From Octopus vulgaris (taxonomy: Eukaryota), in the NCBI GenBank assembly GCA_951406725.2, contig OX597815.1, positions 52,576,001 through 52,640,000 on the forward strand: a DNA stretch of 64,000 bases. The letters run 5' to 3'. Under the pieces are notes generated by a model, which was given only the letters and a program-made list of their open reading frames with translations, had not been told where the DNA came from and did not search any database. How positions within the stretch are numbered: position 1 is the stretch's first letter; each line of letters starts with the position of its first letter. Positions 51,801 through 64,000 of this stretch are shown here, one piece after another. Made by a program: the position numbers and the translations under genes.

Positions 51801-52325
51801 TCACACACATACTTATAGAAATACACATGCATACGCACTCATATTCAAATTACATAAATGTTTGTGCGCTCGTTTCACTGTATGTGAGTGTGCGTGTGTG
51901 TCTGCGTATGCATGCTTATATATTTATGTTTATGTGTGTATGTTTTTTCTGTGTATGTGCGTGTGTGTGGTGGGGTTGTATGAATGTGTAAGCAAACAGT
52001 TTATGGACTTGTGGCTATCTCTATTAGAAATCAATAACTGATGTGGGAATACATAAAATAAAAGAAACACGTTGCGTACAGAGAGAAAAAGAATTAATAA
52101 GACGTTGGTGCGGAGGGAGGAGGGAAATATCGGAATATTGAAGGAGGAGGAGGAAGGGGAATAGACTAGGGAGAGAGAGCGGCAGAGATAGGAATAGGTA
52201 AATAGATAGATAGATAGATAGATAGAGAAAGAGAGAGAGATAGGGAGATAGATAGATAGATAGAGAGAGAGATAGTAAGATAGATAGAGAGAGAAAGAGA
52301 GGGGGTGATATATATATATATATAT

Positions 52326-52370
<45 letters not shown>

Positions 52371-52655
52371 TATAATAGTGCTGGAATGAATACAAAGAAC
52401 AGGAGGAGGGACTATTAAAGATCTATGGGAGAATGTTGAAATAACAATGTCCATGTCAGTTAGCAATTGGTTAAAGAGTGAATGTCTATTATGGTGCCAA
52501 AAATAGTTCATTCATAGCTGATAGATTCCATGGCGAGATAGATATGGTAAATACAGCTTCTATGGGATTAATTATTTTTTATCTCTCACTCACCTCCGTA
52601 ATCATCCCCTTTCACTCCTCATCAGTCTCTGCGTGTATGAGTATATGTTTGTTTG

Positions 52656-52758
<103 letters not shown>

Positions 52759-52799
52759 GTCTATCTGTCTGTCTGTCTGTCTGTCTATCTACATATACT

Positions 52800-53108
52800 T
52801 TTTTCAGTCGTTACACTACGGCAAGTCGAAGAAATCGACCTCGGTACTCACTTTTTTTCAAGCCGGTTGTCAAGCGGTGATGGGCGTCAAACAAACACCA
52901 CACACACACTCGCACGCGCGCGCACACATACATACACACACACAACAGACTTCATTCTCTTTCCGTTTAATAAATACAATCACAAAGCTTTTGTCGTATG
53001 GGGCTGTAGCAGAAGATACTTGCCCAAAGTGTCACTCTGTAGGTCTGAACCCAGAACCGTATGGCTGAGAAGCAAACTTCTTACCACACAGACACGCCTG
53101 TACCTGCG
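52800..53108 (-). mobile_element. SINE family A
   Basis: Homologous to 7700-8090; head GGCGCAGGTACAGGCGTGTCTGTGTGGTAAGAAG. Confidence 0.8.
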
Positions 53109-53744
53109 CCTGTGTGTGTGTGTCTGTGCGTGTGTGTGTGTGTGTGAGTGTGTGTGTGACTGTGTGTGTGCGCACGCATGTATAACTGAAAGAGCATTCA
53201 GTTTTTCTAAGAGCAATAAATTTATTCTGATAAAGGAAATATTGTCAGTGACAATTCGCACCCCCCCTCCACCCCGAGTTGCTCAGGTGATTGGCTTCGT
53301 CAGAATGCATACAACGTTTTAACGTAGCTACATATATGTATGCATGCACATACGTGTGTATGTACGTTTGTATTTAAGTATGTATGTATGTATGTATGTA
53401 TGTATGTATGTAGGTATGTATGTATGGATGGATGGATAGATGGATGTATGTATGGACGGATGGATGTTATTATTTAGTTTTATTTTAGATTTCTTGCAAA
53501 TGGAGTAAGAGCAAATTTCTAAACTAGATCTAACCCTCTTTCGTTGGAATTTACAATATCAATAGGGATTTTGTGCATGTTTGTGTGTTTATGTGCAAAC
53601 ATTTGGGGTCAGCGTATGTGTAGATCTGTGTTTTGTTTTATGCATGTCTCAACACGTGCATATGGTAAAAAAGACAAAGACAAAAGCAGTTGAAACAGAG
53701 ACTATGGCTCTTGTTGACCCATGTATGTGTCTATTTGCTTTTAT

Positions 53745-54160
53745 ATTTTGGTTATTTCAGTTATTAGACTGCGGCTATCCTGGAGCACTTGCCTTGAAGG
53801 GTTTAGCCGAACAAATCAACGCCAATGCTTATTTTGTTTGTGGCCTGATATGTATTGTAACGGTGTCTTTTGTCGAACTGCTAGATAACGATGATGTAAA
53901 AAAACCAATATTGGATATCAAGGGGTGGTGGTGGACAAACGCAAACACAAAGACACCAACATGTAGATATACGCACCCGTCGCTCACGCGTGCACACACA
54001 CAGACACACACACACATAAACGACGGGATTCTTTCAGTTTCTCTCTACTAAATCCACTCAAAAAGCTCCAGTCGGCTAAGGGCTATAGTAGAAGATGTTA
54101 TCCAAGTTGTCACTCAGTGGGACTGAACCCGGAACGTCATAGCACAAAGCCATGCTTGCG
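53745..54160 (-). mobile_element. SINE family A
   Basis: Homologous to 7700-8090. Confidence 0.8.
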
Positions 54161-54162
54161 GC

Positions 54163-54194
<32 letters not shown>

Positions 54195-54252
54195 TGTATG
54201 TATGTATGTATGTATGTATGTATGTATGTATGTATGTATGTATGTATGTGTG

Positions 54253-54286
<34 letters not shown>

Positions 54287-55299
54287 TGTATGCATGCATG
54301 TATGTATATGTATTTTTTTCTGTTTTTACCTATTTAAATCCTTCCTCTGTGCAAGGAACTGGTTTCTTACAAAGACACATACCCCACAATTGAATTGTAG
54401 ATAACGAAAACTGTCACATTGTAAACCTGACAAAAATCTTGTATAGTTTCAAAGTTCCGCTTAGAGAGTATATTTGTAATGTGCAAATCAGTTGATTAAT
54501 TTCTTTTTCCTAAAAACCAAGCTCATCCAGACTCACAATTAGGGGTTTACTTATAAGGCTTTAGTAGGGCTAGGACTATGTATGTACATATGTACGTATG
54601 CATGAATGTATGTATGTATGTATGTATGTATGTATGTATGTATGTATGTATGTATGTATGTCATATCGACTACAGTACATATTTCAGTTCCTGTCCACCA
54701 TCTTCCTTTGAGAAGGCATTACTCGTGATCAGATCGAATCCAGAACCACGTGGTTGCCTAGCAAACTTCCTCACCACCTAACCAACACTTATTTTACCTC
54801 CTTCTTCTCGCTTTCCTTTCCTCTCTTCTTTCTCTCATCTCTCTTTTCTCTCCTCTCTCTTTTCTCTTCTGTCTCCTCCTCTCTCTCTTTCCTACTGTCT
54901 TTTCCTCTTTATCTCTCTGTCATATTGTATTTCTTCTCTTATCCGCTTTATTCCTATCGTGAGTCTATCTTCGCACTCATACACACATATACCACCCCTC
55001 ACGTATAAAAATATAAACTCCTACATTTACACGTAAATAGAAAACACACACATACACACACACACGTACGTACGTACATAGACACTGAGAGACACATCAG
55101 GCCAGCAACTTCTCCTCCTCCACACGTCCTCCACACAACACTAGATCTCTTTATACTCTTCATCCCGCTCAATCCTGCCTCTGTTCTGTTATTCTATACG
55201 GTATATGAAGAGAGCCTATAAAGAAAGATATGACTATAGAAAGAATTGGAGAAAGTCAGCTGAATTAATAATAAAGATTTCTTTAACAGAATCAAATTG

Positions 55300-56192
55300 A
55301 AAAATTGATTCTCATTTATAAATTTCGACTCTTACAAATTGACATGCACAGACTTGTAGCTGCATGTATGCATATGCATACATGTGCCACACACACGTGA
55401 TGCATGTAGCTGCAGGTATGTACAATTAGTAAAGTCATATGCACAGTCACACATGTAAGCGTATACGGTTGCGTGTATGTACTTACATACACTCGACGAT
55501 ATATGCAAATATATAGTGTCTCATGCATGCACATAATGCAGATGCAGATATTCAAGTAGAGAGCAAGCGGACGCATGTACCCGGATGTGCAGATACAGAT
55601 ACACTCACACACACACACACATACACACACTGACATATAGACGCATACACTTACACAGAATTACTCAGATACAAGGACACAGAAGCAGATACACATACAC
55701 AAACATATACAGACTCACACAGATACATATAAACAGGCATACATAGATAAGCAAACATGAACGCATACACATACACACATACACTTCCACGCACGCACAG
55801 ATTCATGTATACGCACATTCACAAAGACTCACACATAAGGAAAAAGTACATTCACATACGTAACGATACAGTCATAAGATCCACACAGACACATATACAC
55901 ACGCACACACACACACACTCACACAAATGTGCATACATATATGCGTAAACAGATACATAGACAGAAGTATCCGCCCACACATTTTCTAATTATGTTACAG
56001 ACATGTTTAAACACGCATGCGCACACGCACACACACACATATACACATACACACACACGCGTACAAGTTTATACACAACTGAATGCATAAAGGTTTAAAT
56101 ATGCTTTAGCAAAAGTAATCCATTCATGCATTTTACATTCAATCAGCATATAATGTGAACATACATACGAATATGCAGACGCATGCAACACA

Positions 56193-56241
<49 letters not shown>

Positions 56242-56400
56242 ACACACACACACACACACATACACACAAAGCATGTGAGCGTGCACGCACACATAAATAG
56301 ATTACATAGCTAAATAGATATACATGTACATCATACATACACACATACAAAAATAACCCTACATTCATGGTCGCATATATGTCATACACAAACACACACA
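55300..56400. repeat. Degenerate (CA)/(CATA)-rich tract
   Basis: Directly visible. Confidence 0.85.
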
Positions 56401-56424
56401 CTATAAACAATACATAGGTCATTG

Positions 56425-57660
56425 TCATCATCATCGTCATAGAATCTTCATCGAAAGTCGACGATGACTGTAAATTGTAATAAGGATGGAAAATGATCTC
56501 ATCTACTCCACTCGTTTTTTTCTTGAGCTGCGATCACAAACGTTTCATCTTTCCATCTTACACCTAATCGCACCCTTGTATCTCAGTCAGGATCTTGCCT
56601 AAGTTTTCATACATCTACTCTATTGTGAAGAAGAGCATTCGTCTTGGTAATCGCTTTCCCTCGACGATTATTTCAACATGCTCAGGTTAGTGGAATTTTC
56701 CCTACATAAATAACTTTTCAATGCCAGAATATTTGCTTGACTCTAACGTAGAGGTGTTCCTGATCTGCTTTCAAATTATGTTAATGATCTGTCACAATTG
56801 TTTCATCAGTGCATACAGGAACTTCCTTTATCTGTTGAGCATCTGTTGAACATCTATGCCGCAGAAACGTACAAGAGTGTGGATAATGCTATTGTATGCA
56901 ACAATGCTCTCCGCTTGGACTATCACGTGTTTGTTGTTTCACAGTAGCTCTTGCATATTTCCGGAATGCTGAGCTACTTTGTGCATCCTGTAATCTGGTT
57001 TGTTACTAACCTTACGATTATTATTGAGAATATAGTAAAGTGGATTGCTCTTGTCTGCTTGTACATTTTGTTAATGATGAACTCGGGTAGTTCCCGTTAG
57101 CTCGTGTCAGAATATTTCATTTTTCTGATGCTAATTAAAGCAAATTGCGTGGTATTGTCATCAAATGCATCTACTAAGTTTTATGTCTCTTCTGTACAAT
57201 GCAGGACAAGGACAATCATCAGCAAATATCCTCTCTCTCTCCCCTAGCATATGTGTGACCTTGGTCTTAGCTAAAGCAAAGACCAAGGCCATAAAACAGG
57301 TTAATAGCAGATATGTTATGTATTTATGCAACTTCAACTGGTAATAAGAGTAAAAACAGTGTTGGAGCGAGCACGCAGTCTTGTTCAATTCCTGCTGTAG
57401 AGTTCATTTCATAACCCAAGTCTTCATGTCAGTCTTCAGACATTCTGAAAACTATCTCTCACTGACTGAAATCAGCAATGCTTGTGCGGAATCTTAGATC
57501 CTATAAAGTGTGCACAACACCTCATAGGTTGTTTCCATTCTATTGGCATGGCCAAGAGATAATTCAAGGCAATATATCTGGTTTCAATACAGGTCGCAGG
57601 CTCAGGATTGTTGGAGTATCATCATCTTTAGTATAGATTGAAGGCCTCTAAGATGGCAAA
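56425..57660 (-). mobile_element. Old RTE-like LINE 3' fragment with (GAT)n-type tail
   Basis: Minus-strand remnants HVEIIVEGKRLPRRMLF, LRYKGA, CDRSSR and a GATGATGATG tail; heavily decayed. Confidence 0.5.
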
Positions 57661-58633
57661 ATCCATTCCCTGCACATACATGCGGACATAGATATATGCA
57701 CACCTGCATACATGATTACATCGGACGTACATGCCGATATACGACTGTGCTTATGGTATGAAATAGGTTTTCTGTTAGTTAAGAATCTAAACGTACCTCG
57801 AGCATCCAATGCTGGTTCCTAAGCAACAACAAAGGAGAAACGTAACCCAACTACTAATTTAAGGAAAGCCGAAGAATAGTGCCATCCTCCATTCTTCCTT
57901 TCTCTAACTGATAAAATACTGGTTTCTAATTTCAGCACAAGGCCAGCAATTTCGAGGAGTGGGCAAAATCTGTATAGAGCCCTCTTCTGTGGTTCGTTAA
58001 AGACGTGCTTGCATTGCTAAATGGTTAATCCAGATCAGCACATATCTATTAAAAGCAATAATACTCCATATGACACACATACACAAAACACACATATTCA
58101 TAATTTATTTGGTATCATAAACACAGGCTCATTTACTCTCAACTTTTGCACATCCATAGATAAACAGAAAAGGCATAGACATGCGTATAAAAATGTTTTT
58201 ATATTGTAATTATTTCTTGTGAATTACAGACGTGCATACAACATATACCGCTAACACATAAAGCATACAGAAGCATATAAAATGTAAGAGAACGCATATA
58301 TATACACATTTACAAATCATCCAGCCACTCACTCCTTGTTACCTATTCATACACATACACACGCATTTATACATACACAGAGGCGCATACACATACATAT
58401 ACACACATACATGAATGTAATCTCTATACATTTCTTGAAATATATGAAATAGAATAATGACAGCAGATATGCATATATGCACAGATTTATACAACACTTG
58501 TGTATAAAAATACATAATTATATGATAATGCATACGTACATGTTTATACACTCATTTTTACTCCTTTGCCATACATACATACACACGCGCGCGCACACCC
58601 ACATACATACACACACACGCGCGCGCGCACACA

Positions 58634-58687
<54 letters not shown>

Positions 58688-59314
58688 GGCGCATAGTCAA
58701 ACAACATTGCAACAGTGACCTTTATAATGTTGCTGCAACATTTCAATTGCATTTGAAATTTAAAATGTTAATGCATTTTTATTTGTTTCTTTTTGTGTTC
58801 GTGTTATTTTTTCCTTTTCTTTTGTCTTCTGAATCTCTTGAATTTTTGCATTGAGAACTAAAGAATTTCCTTTAAAGATTTCTCGAGGATTATGTGTGCT
58901 CGTGAATGTGTATATGTATGCATGTAGGCATGTATATATATGTGCGTGTGTGTATGTGTAAATATATGTGACAAAATACATATTGATATCACTGCTTCTT
59001 TATTGGCTGTCCAGCTGTGAACAACAAATGCACGTTTAACCCATTTATTTCCCAAAAGAAAAAAAAAAAATTCCACCTGAAACCCTCTCTTTGTTCTGTG
59101 ATACAAAACCGTCCGTTTTTAAAATGTTCAGAACTTGATACACACTTTCCTTTTGTTAAACGATGATCCAGTTTAGAAGAGAAGTTATTTAATTCTCTAA
59201 ATCACTAAGCTATTCTAAATTTTGAATTATTTTCAAATATGACACAACAGTTAACTTCCCGTGAACGTAAATCTTTCAACATTCATTTCTTACTACGATT
59301 ATACATCTGATTCG

Positions 59315-59500
59315 GGTAAAATTCTTAGCGGCATTTCTTCTGAACTCTTTACGTGCTAAGCTCAAATCCCGCCGAGGTCAGTTTTGCCTTTTATCCTTTC
59401 AAGGTCAATAAAATAAAGTACTAGTTCCGCACTGAGGTCTATGTAATCGACTAACCCCGACCCACAAAATTTCAAGTCTTTTACCTATAATAGAATGATT
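59315..59500 (+). mobile_element. SINE family B
   Basis: Family-B core CCCGCCGAGGTCAGTTTTGCCTTTTATCCTTTC. Confidence 0.75.
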
Positions 59501-61799
59501 ATCCGTCTGACTGAGGCGTTGCGCAGTTGGTTGCGATGTCATTTGCAAAGTCAAACGGTTTGTACCACGTCACTACGTTCGATGTCTCTAGTAAAGACAC
59601 TTAACATTCATTGGCTATCTCAATCTATGCTATGATACCTACTGTGCGGGGTTTTACGCCGAATGGGATACATATATGTAGTGGTTCTGCTGTGAATCTG
59701 ATTAATGTTCTTTTCATAGAAAACTGGCAATTAACTGACAAATTCACCAGTAATCATTCTACGATTAATTAGCAATTAATATACTGATAATGTGGTCTGG
59801 TATCTGAGATATCAGTTGAAATGTGGCGGTGAAAACATGCCACGTGCTTCTGTGAATTTGTAATCGAAATGAACAATGAATGTTGGGAGAAACAGTGAAG
59901 TTAGAACACGGTCGTGGACAAGACAACAATGAAATGTGATGAGTAGCAATATGTTATATGAATGAACCATCTAACAACGTCAGCATGGAACGTGAGTATT
60001 GTCAGGACGTTAGTGACGACGATGATGTTAATGGTATATTTATATCAGTAAAATGAATATGAGTCAATAAACCAACGATGGAGCCTCTACCTGACCTCTT
60101 TGCTAGCTAAGAATAGCAGCCAAATTTGCCTCAGATCACATCGTACCGTTCAAAAGAAAAAAAAAACTAAAACAAAAGACAAAAGAGGATAATCATGGGT
60201 AGAGTATATATGAATTTACGTCTGCACAATCAGGTTAACCTTGGGTAAAACATCAAAACCATCAACAACAATAGACATGGATTAAGTAATATTATTCATA
60301 ACTGAAATTGACTCAGGTTCAGTAGGCGAAGGTAATGAATTGGTAGTTATCAGAGTGCGGGGCAGAATGCGGTGAGTTCCAATCCTATTGAAGTCATCTT
60401 GGCTTTCCATCCATCCATCCGGGGTCAACGCATAAAGTACGAGTCACGTACTTGAAACAGATGCTTCGTTTCTTCTCGCTCTGTTTGTCTCTCTGAATCA
60501 GCCGTGAGCTTGTAGAATTGTGATGTGTAGCTTATTTATACACCAAAACTTGTCTTTAGCAAACTGAGCCTCTGGAATTCAAAGCCGTAGCCACCAAAAG
60601 GTCTGGCAAAAGTTTTAGATGTCCTGCCAATAGTGTGAATCTATAATACTCTGAGTGAGAACAGATATTTGTTACTGTCTCAGTTGAGGGTCTCTTATGT
60701 CAGAGAAGCTTAACAATCTGTGTTTAAGTAATGAGTGATGTAGAAAATGAAATTACACATAGAAAAAGAATCAGAAGTAATTTTTGGCAAATGATTTTAT
60801 AATTTACATAATTATATAAAAAAATTTAATGAGTTAAAGGAAATAACTAATATGAATCAATGTCATGCATTCAGGTAGATAAGTGTGATGGATCTTTCTA
60901 GTTAGAGAAGGGATACAAGAATCTAACGGTAATTAATAGCGGTTCTCAATAGATGGGGGAGGTGATTTTTAAAAAAATCAATAATTTATCTCTTCAAGTT
61001 AATTTGCATGATTAGGCAAAGTGAAAACCTAATTTTGTTTGCAAGTATGTAGACATTTCAGTCTATGAAACTTCATTAGCTAATATAGTCTTCGGAAGCT
61101 TGTTTGATGAGATGAGAAAAGATTTTTCGAAATAGCTAACGAATTACAATTAATTTTTGGCCATTATCATTTGTCCTGAGACTACATGTCCATTGTTGTC
61201 CCATGCTTGCAAACAATAATGAGTCTATCCTTGCTCTAATCATATGACTTTTAAAGATTCATTCTTAATTTCATGAATTTATATCCTCTTTTCCCCATGA
61301 GTCACTCACTAATAATTACGACAATTATTTTCATTGCTTTGTTCAACTGAGAAATTTCAATTAAGATTTATTTACATACTTGTTAAATACATTTTACCGG
61401 GAACTAATTTATCTAAGTTCATACCATTGCTTCAATTGAATTATTTCTCCTAACTCGTTTATGCAAATCATACTAGTTAGAAGTCATTTGTAATTTTTTT
61501 TTATGTGCAAGAAAGTCTTTATTAACCAATCAAACAGACTTGAGTTGACTATATGGTTTGACTATATGAGTTGACTGTGCTGGTAAGGTTTGATAGAGTG
61601 AAGCATGTCCTTCATTGTACCTTGTCTATAAATAAAGGTCAGATAAATAAACTCTGAGAGATTAATTCTTAAATTTTTGAAATTAATCCTGGGAGTCTCT
61701 AACGATAATTTAATTTTTGTTTACTTTCTTCAAATAGAGAAAAAATTCAATTAAGAGTATTTTCCGTACCCTACACAGAACATCACCCTTAAAATAAAT

Positions 61800-62080
61800 C
61801 TCACCGTGATCGCAAGGTCGTTGATTCGATCCCTGGTCAGTTCAGCGCGTTGTGTTCTTAAACATAGTATTTCATTTTACATTGCTTAGGTCTTCTTTGC
61901 TATAATGTCTATCAGACGCGTGATGGTGCAGTTATAGCCGTCTCTCACTTCACTTATCCGATATTCAGGACTGGGTCAAGAGTGAGGGTGCCGGGGTGGG
62001 GTTGGGGTGACAAGTAAGACATTGTACACGTCACGAAACCATATTCGTTCACCAGTGACGACGACTTGCTATTCTCTGCT
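61800..62080 (+). mobile_element. Degenerate tRNA-derived SINE (related to the 6219/6755 copies)
   Basis: GATCGCAAGGTCGTTGATTCGATCCCTGG B-box region and GCGCGTTGTGTTCTT..ATTTCATTTTACATTGCT body. Confidence 0.5.
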
Positions 62081-63384
62081 ATTATGTCTCAATAAAGATA
62101 GAGCTGACTATCGCTGGAACGCTTTTTAATCATACGTCTACTCCATGAAGGATGACTTGGAAATAAACAACAACAAAAAACCCATTACCCTCCCCGCTCT
62201 CCAAACAACTTCCACTACTGCCACCATCACTACCATCACCACTAATACCACCACCACCACCACATCAACAACATCAACAAAAATGAAAACAACTATTCAT
62301 TAAGTTGTGTCTGTTATAAGTAATAAAGTATTAAGTCCAACAGCTTGACTCTATTACTCTGAATATTCAGGTCAGCTATAAATTACTGATTTGTGTCAAT
62401 ACAAATCCAAGGCAAGTATGAACATGCTTCACATTTGTCATTAATAATTTCACTACATAAAAGATCAGCTTCCATTTGTGCTGACAGGAAATAAATAAAG
62501 CTGCAGATAAATATTCACTAGATAAATTATATTGCCTGCCTGGCTTTTATCTCTGTGTTTGTTAGCCTGCTCCTTTGTGTGTATAACACGCACACACGCA
62601 CACACACACTCACACACCTGTTATAGTCATCTATTTCCTTTTATCCCTGTTTCTTCACACCTTTCTTTCTTTCTTTCTTTCTTTCTATCTATCTATCTAT
62701 TTATCTATCTATCTATCTGTCTGTCTGTCTTTCTATCTGTCTGTCTGTCAAGTTATTTACCTATTATTTACCTACGTTCTCCTCTGTGTCCCCTGTCACT
62801 TGGATGCGTGTATATACATATTTACATACATACATACATAAGTACGTACCTCCCTCCATCCATCTATCCATCCATCCATCCATCCATCCATCCATCCATC
62901 CATCCATCCATCCATACATACATACATACATACATACATACATACATACATACGTGTAAATGCGTTAACTGTCAGTCTGTAAGCTTGGACTTTCAGAAAA
63001 AGAAATCAACCACTGACTCACACATTACAAATACAATCTGCAAACAGAACAGTAAAACTATGCAAAACTTTTCTCAGGTTTAAAATGTAACAGTCTTTTC
63101 ATAACCTACATTCCAACGAGGAAGGAGCTAGTTTCTTTGTTAGAAACCAGTTCCTTATTCAAAGGAGAAATGCTAATAGGAAAAAACAGAAAGGAACATG
63201 CACAGGTACATACGTACGTATGTATGTATGTATGTATGTATGTATGTATGTATGTATGTATGTATGTATGTATGTGTGTATGTGTGTATGTGTGTATGCA
63301 TGTATGTATGTATGTATGTATGTATGTATGTATGTATGTATGTATGTATGCATGCATGCATGTATGTATGTATGTGTGTGTGTG

Positions 63385-63455
63385 TAGCTGTGTTGCAAGA
63401 CGTTTGTATCCCTACCACGAGGTTTCGGGTTCAGTCCCACTGAAAGAAGCCCGTC

Positions 63456-63457
<2 letters not shown>
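63385..63457 (+). mobile_element. SINE family A head with internal deletion
   Basis: GGGTTCAGTCCCACTG joined directly to AAAGAAGCCCGTCG, then (TA)n. Confidence 0.75.
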
Positions 63458-63487
<30 letters not shown>

Positions 63488-63489
<2 letters not shown>

Positions 63490-64000
63490 CAAGAAAGTTA
63501 GAGGTTGTGAAACCAACCAACTAAGGGATAATATATATCCAATATACTGCCGGTAGAATACCCGATTATTAACACACCAATGTTTTTTATTGCATGGCAA
63601 TTATATCACCGAGTGTAATAAATGGGTGAGGCTAAAAAGTTAATTTATCATTAATTTATAGAGCAATAAGAAAATGGAGGGGATCAATAGGTGGTATTCA
63701 TCAACTTTTAGACATATTATGTTATGTCAATTTATTTATTAATTTACAAAAGGATAATTATAATAATAATAACAAAATACATTCATGTATAACATATTAT
63801 GCTTTACATATATAATATATGAAGATATCATTAATTAGTAAAATATAACATATAGGAAGAGAAATTGGGATAATATCTTACAGCTGTTTCAGCTAAGAGG
63901 GAAAAATACCTCATTCTACCTTTATCACTTCAGTGGACTGAAGTAGAAATTGAGGTACTTAGGTGTTTCTCTAGGCTTCGTGAGAGATTTTTTTTGATTG
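63488..64000 (-). mobile_element. PLE terminal repeat relic abutting (TA)n, running off the window
   Basis: Starts flush with (TA)n and carries the hammerhead-fold motif at 63875-63988. Confidence 0.6.
63875..63988 (-). ncRNA. Hammerhead ribozyme fold with long stem II and one core substitution (G5C)
   Basis: Minus strand ATCT-CTCACGA-AGCCTAGAG..TACCTCA/TGAGGTA..TTCTAC/GTAGAA..CTTCAGT/ACTGAAG..CTCTTAGCT-GAAA-CAGCTG-TA-AGAT; palindromic ACAGCTGT stem III. Confidence 0.7.

Overview
This is AT-rich, microsatellite-saturated eukaryotic (animal) DNA with no host protein-coding gene I can support. The SINE families and repeat landscape look like a coleoid cephalopod, probably Octopus (inference). 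Most ORFs in the track are translations of (TA)n, (CA)n, (TATG)n, (GATA)n and (TAA)n repeats. The real content is retroelements. (1) A near full-length but frameshifted R4/Dong-clade RLE-type non-LTR element (20339-25030, minus) sits inside a (TAA)n array. There are also 3' fragments of at least three Dong-like subfamilies and a 556-bp non-coding 'companion' element, all in (TAA)n arrays in one orientation and phase. (2) Penelope-like elements (PLEs) of two types: a Penelope/Poseidon-type copy with a loop-less 82-bp palindrome at its 5' junction, and a Hydra-type copy with ~500-bp inverted terminal arms. Six hammerhead-ribozyme motifs, some intact and some mutated, are readable by eye. (3) A Tx1/L1-clade LINE whose 3' tail resembles that of the dominant SINE. 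(4) RTE LINE relics, mariner/Tc1 relics, a hAT MITE and many tRNA-derived SINEs. All calls come from reading the sequence by eye, and the boundaries of degenerate elements are approximate.
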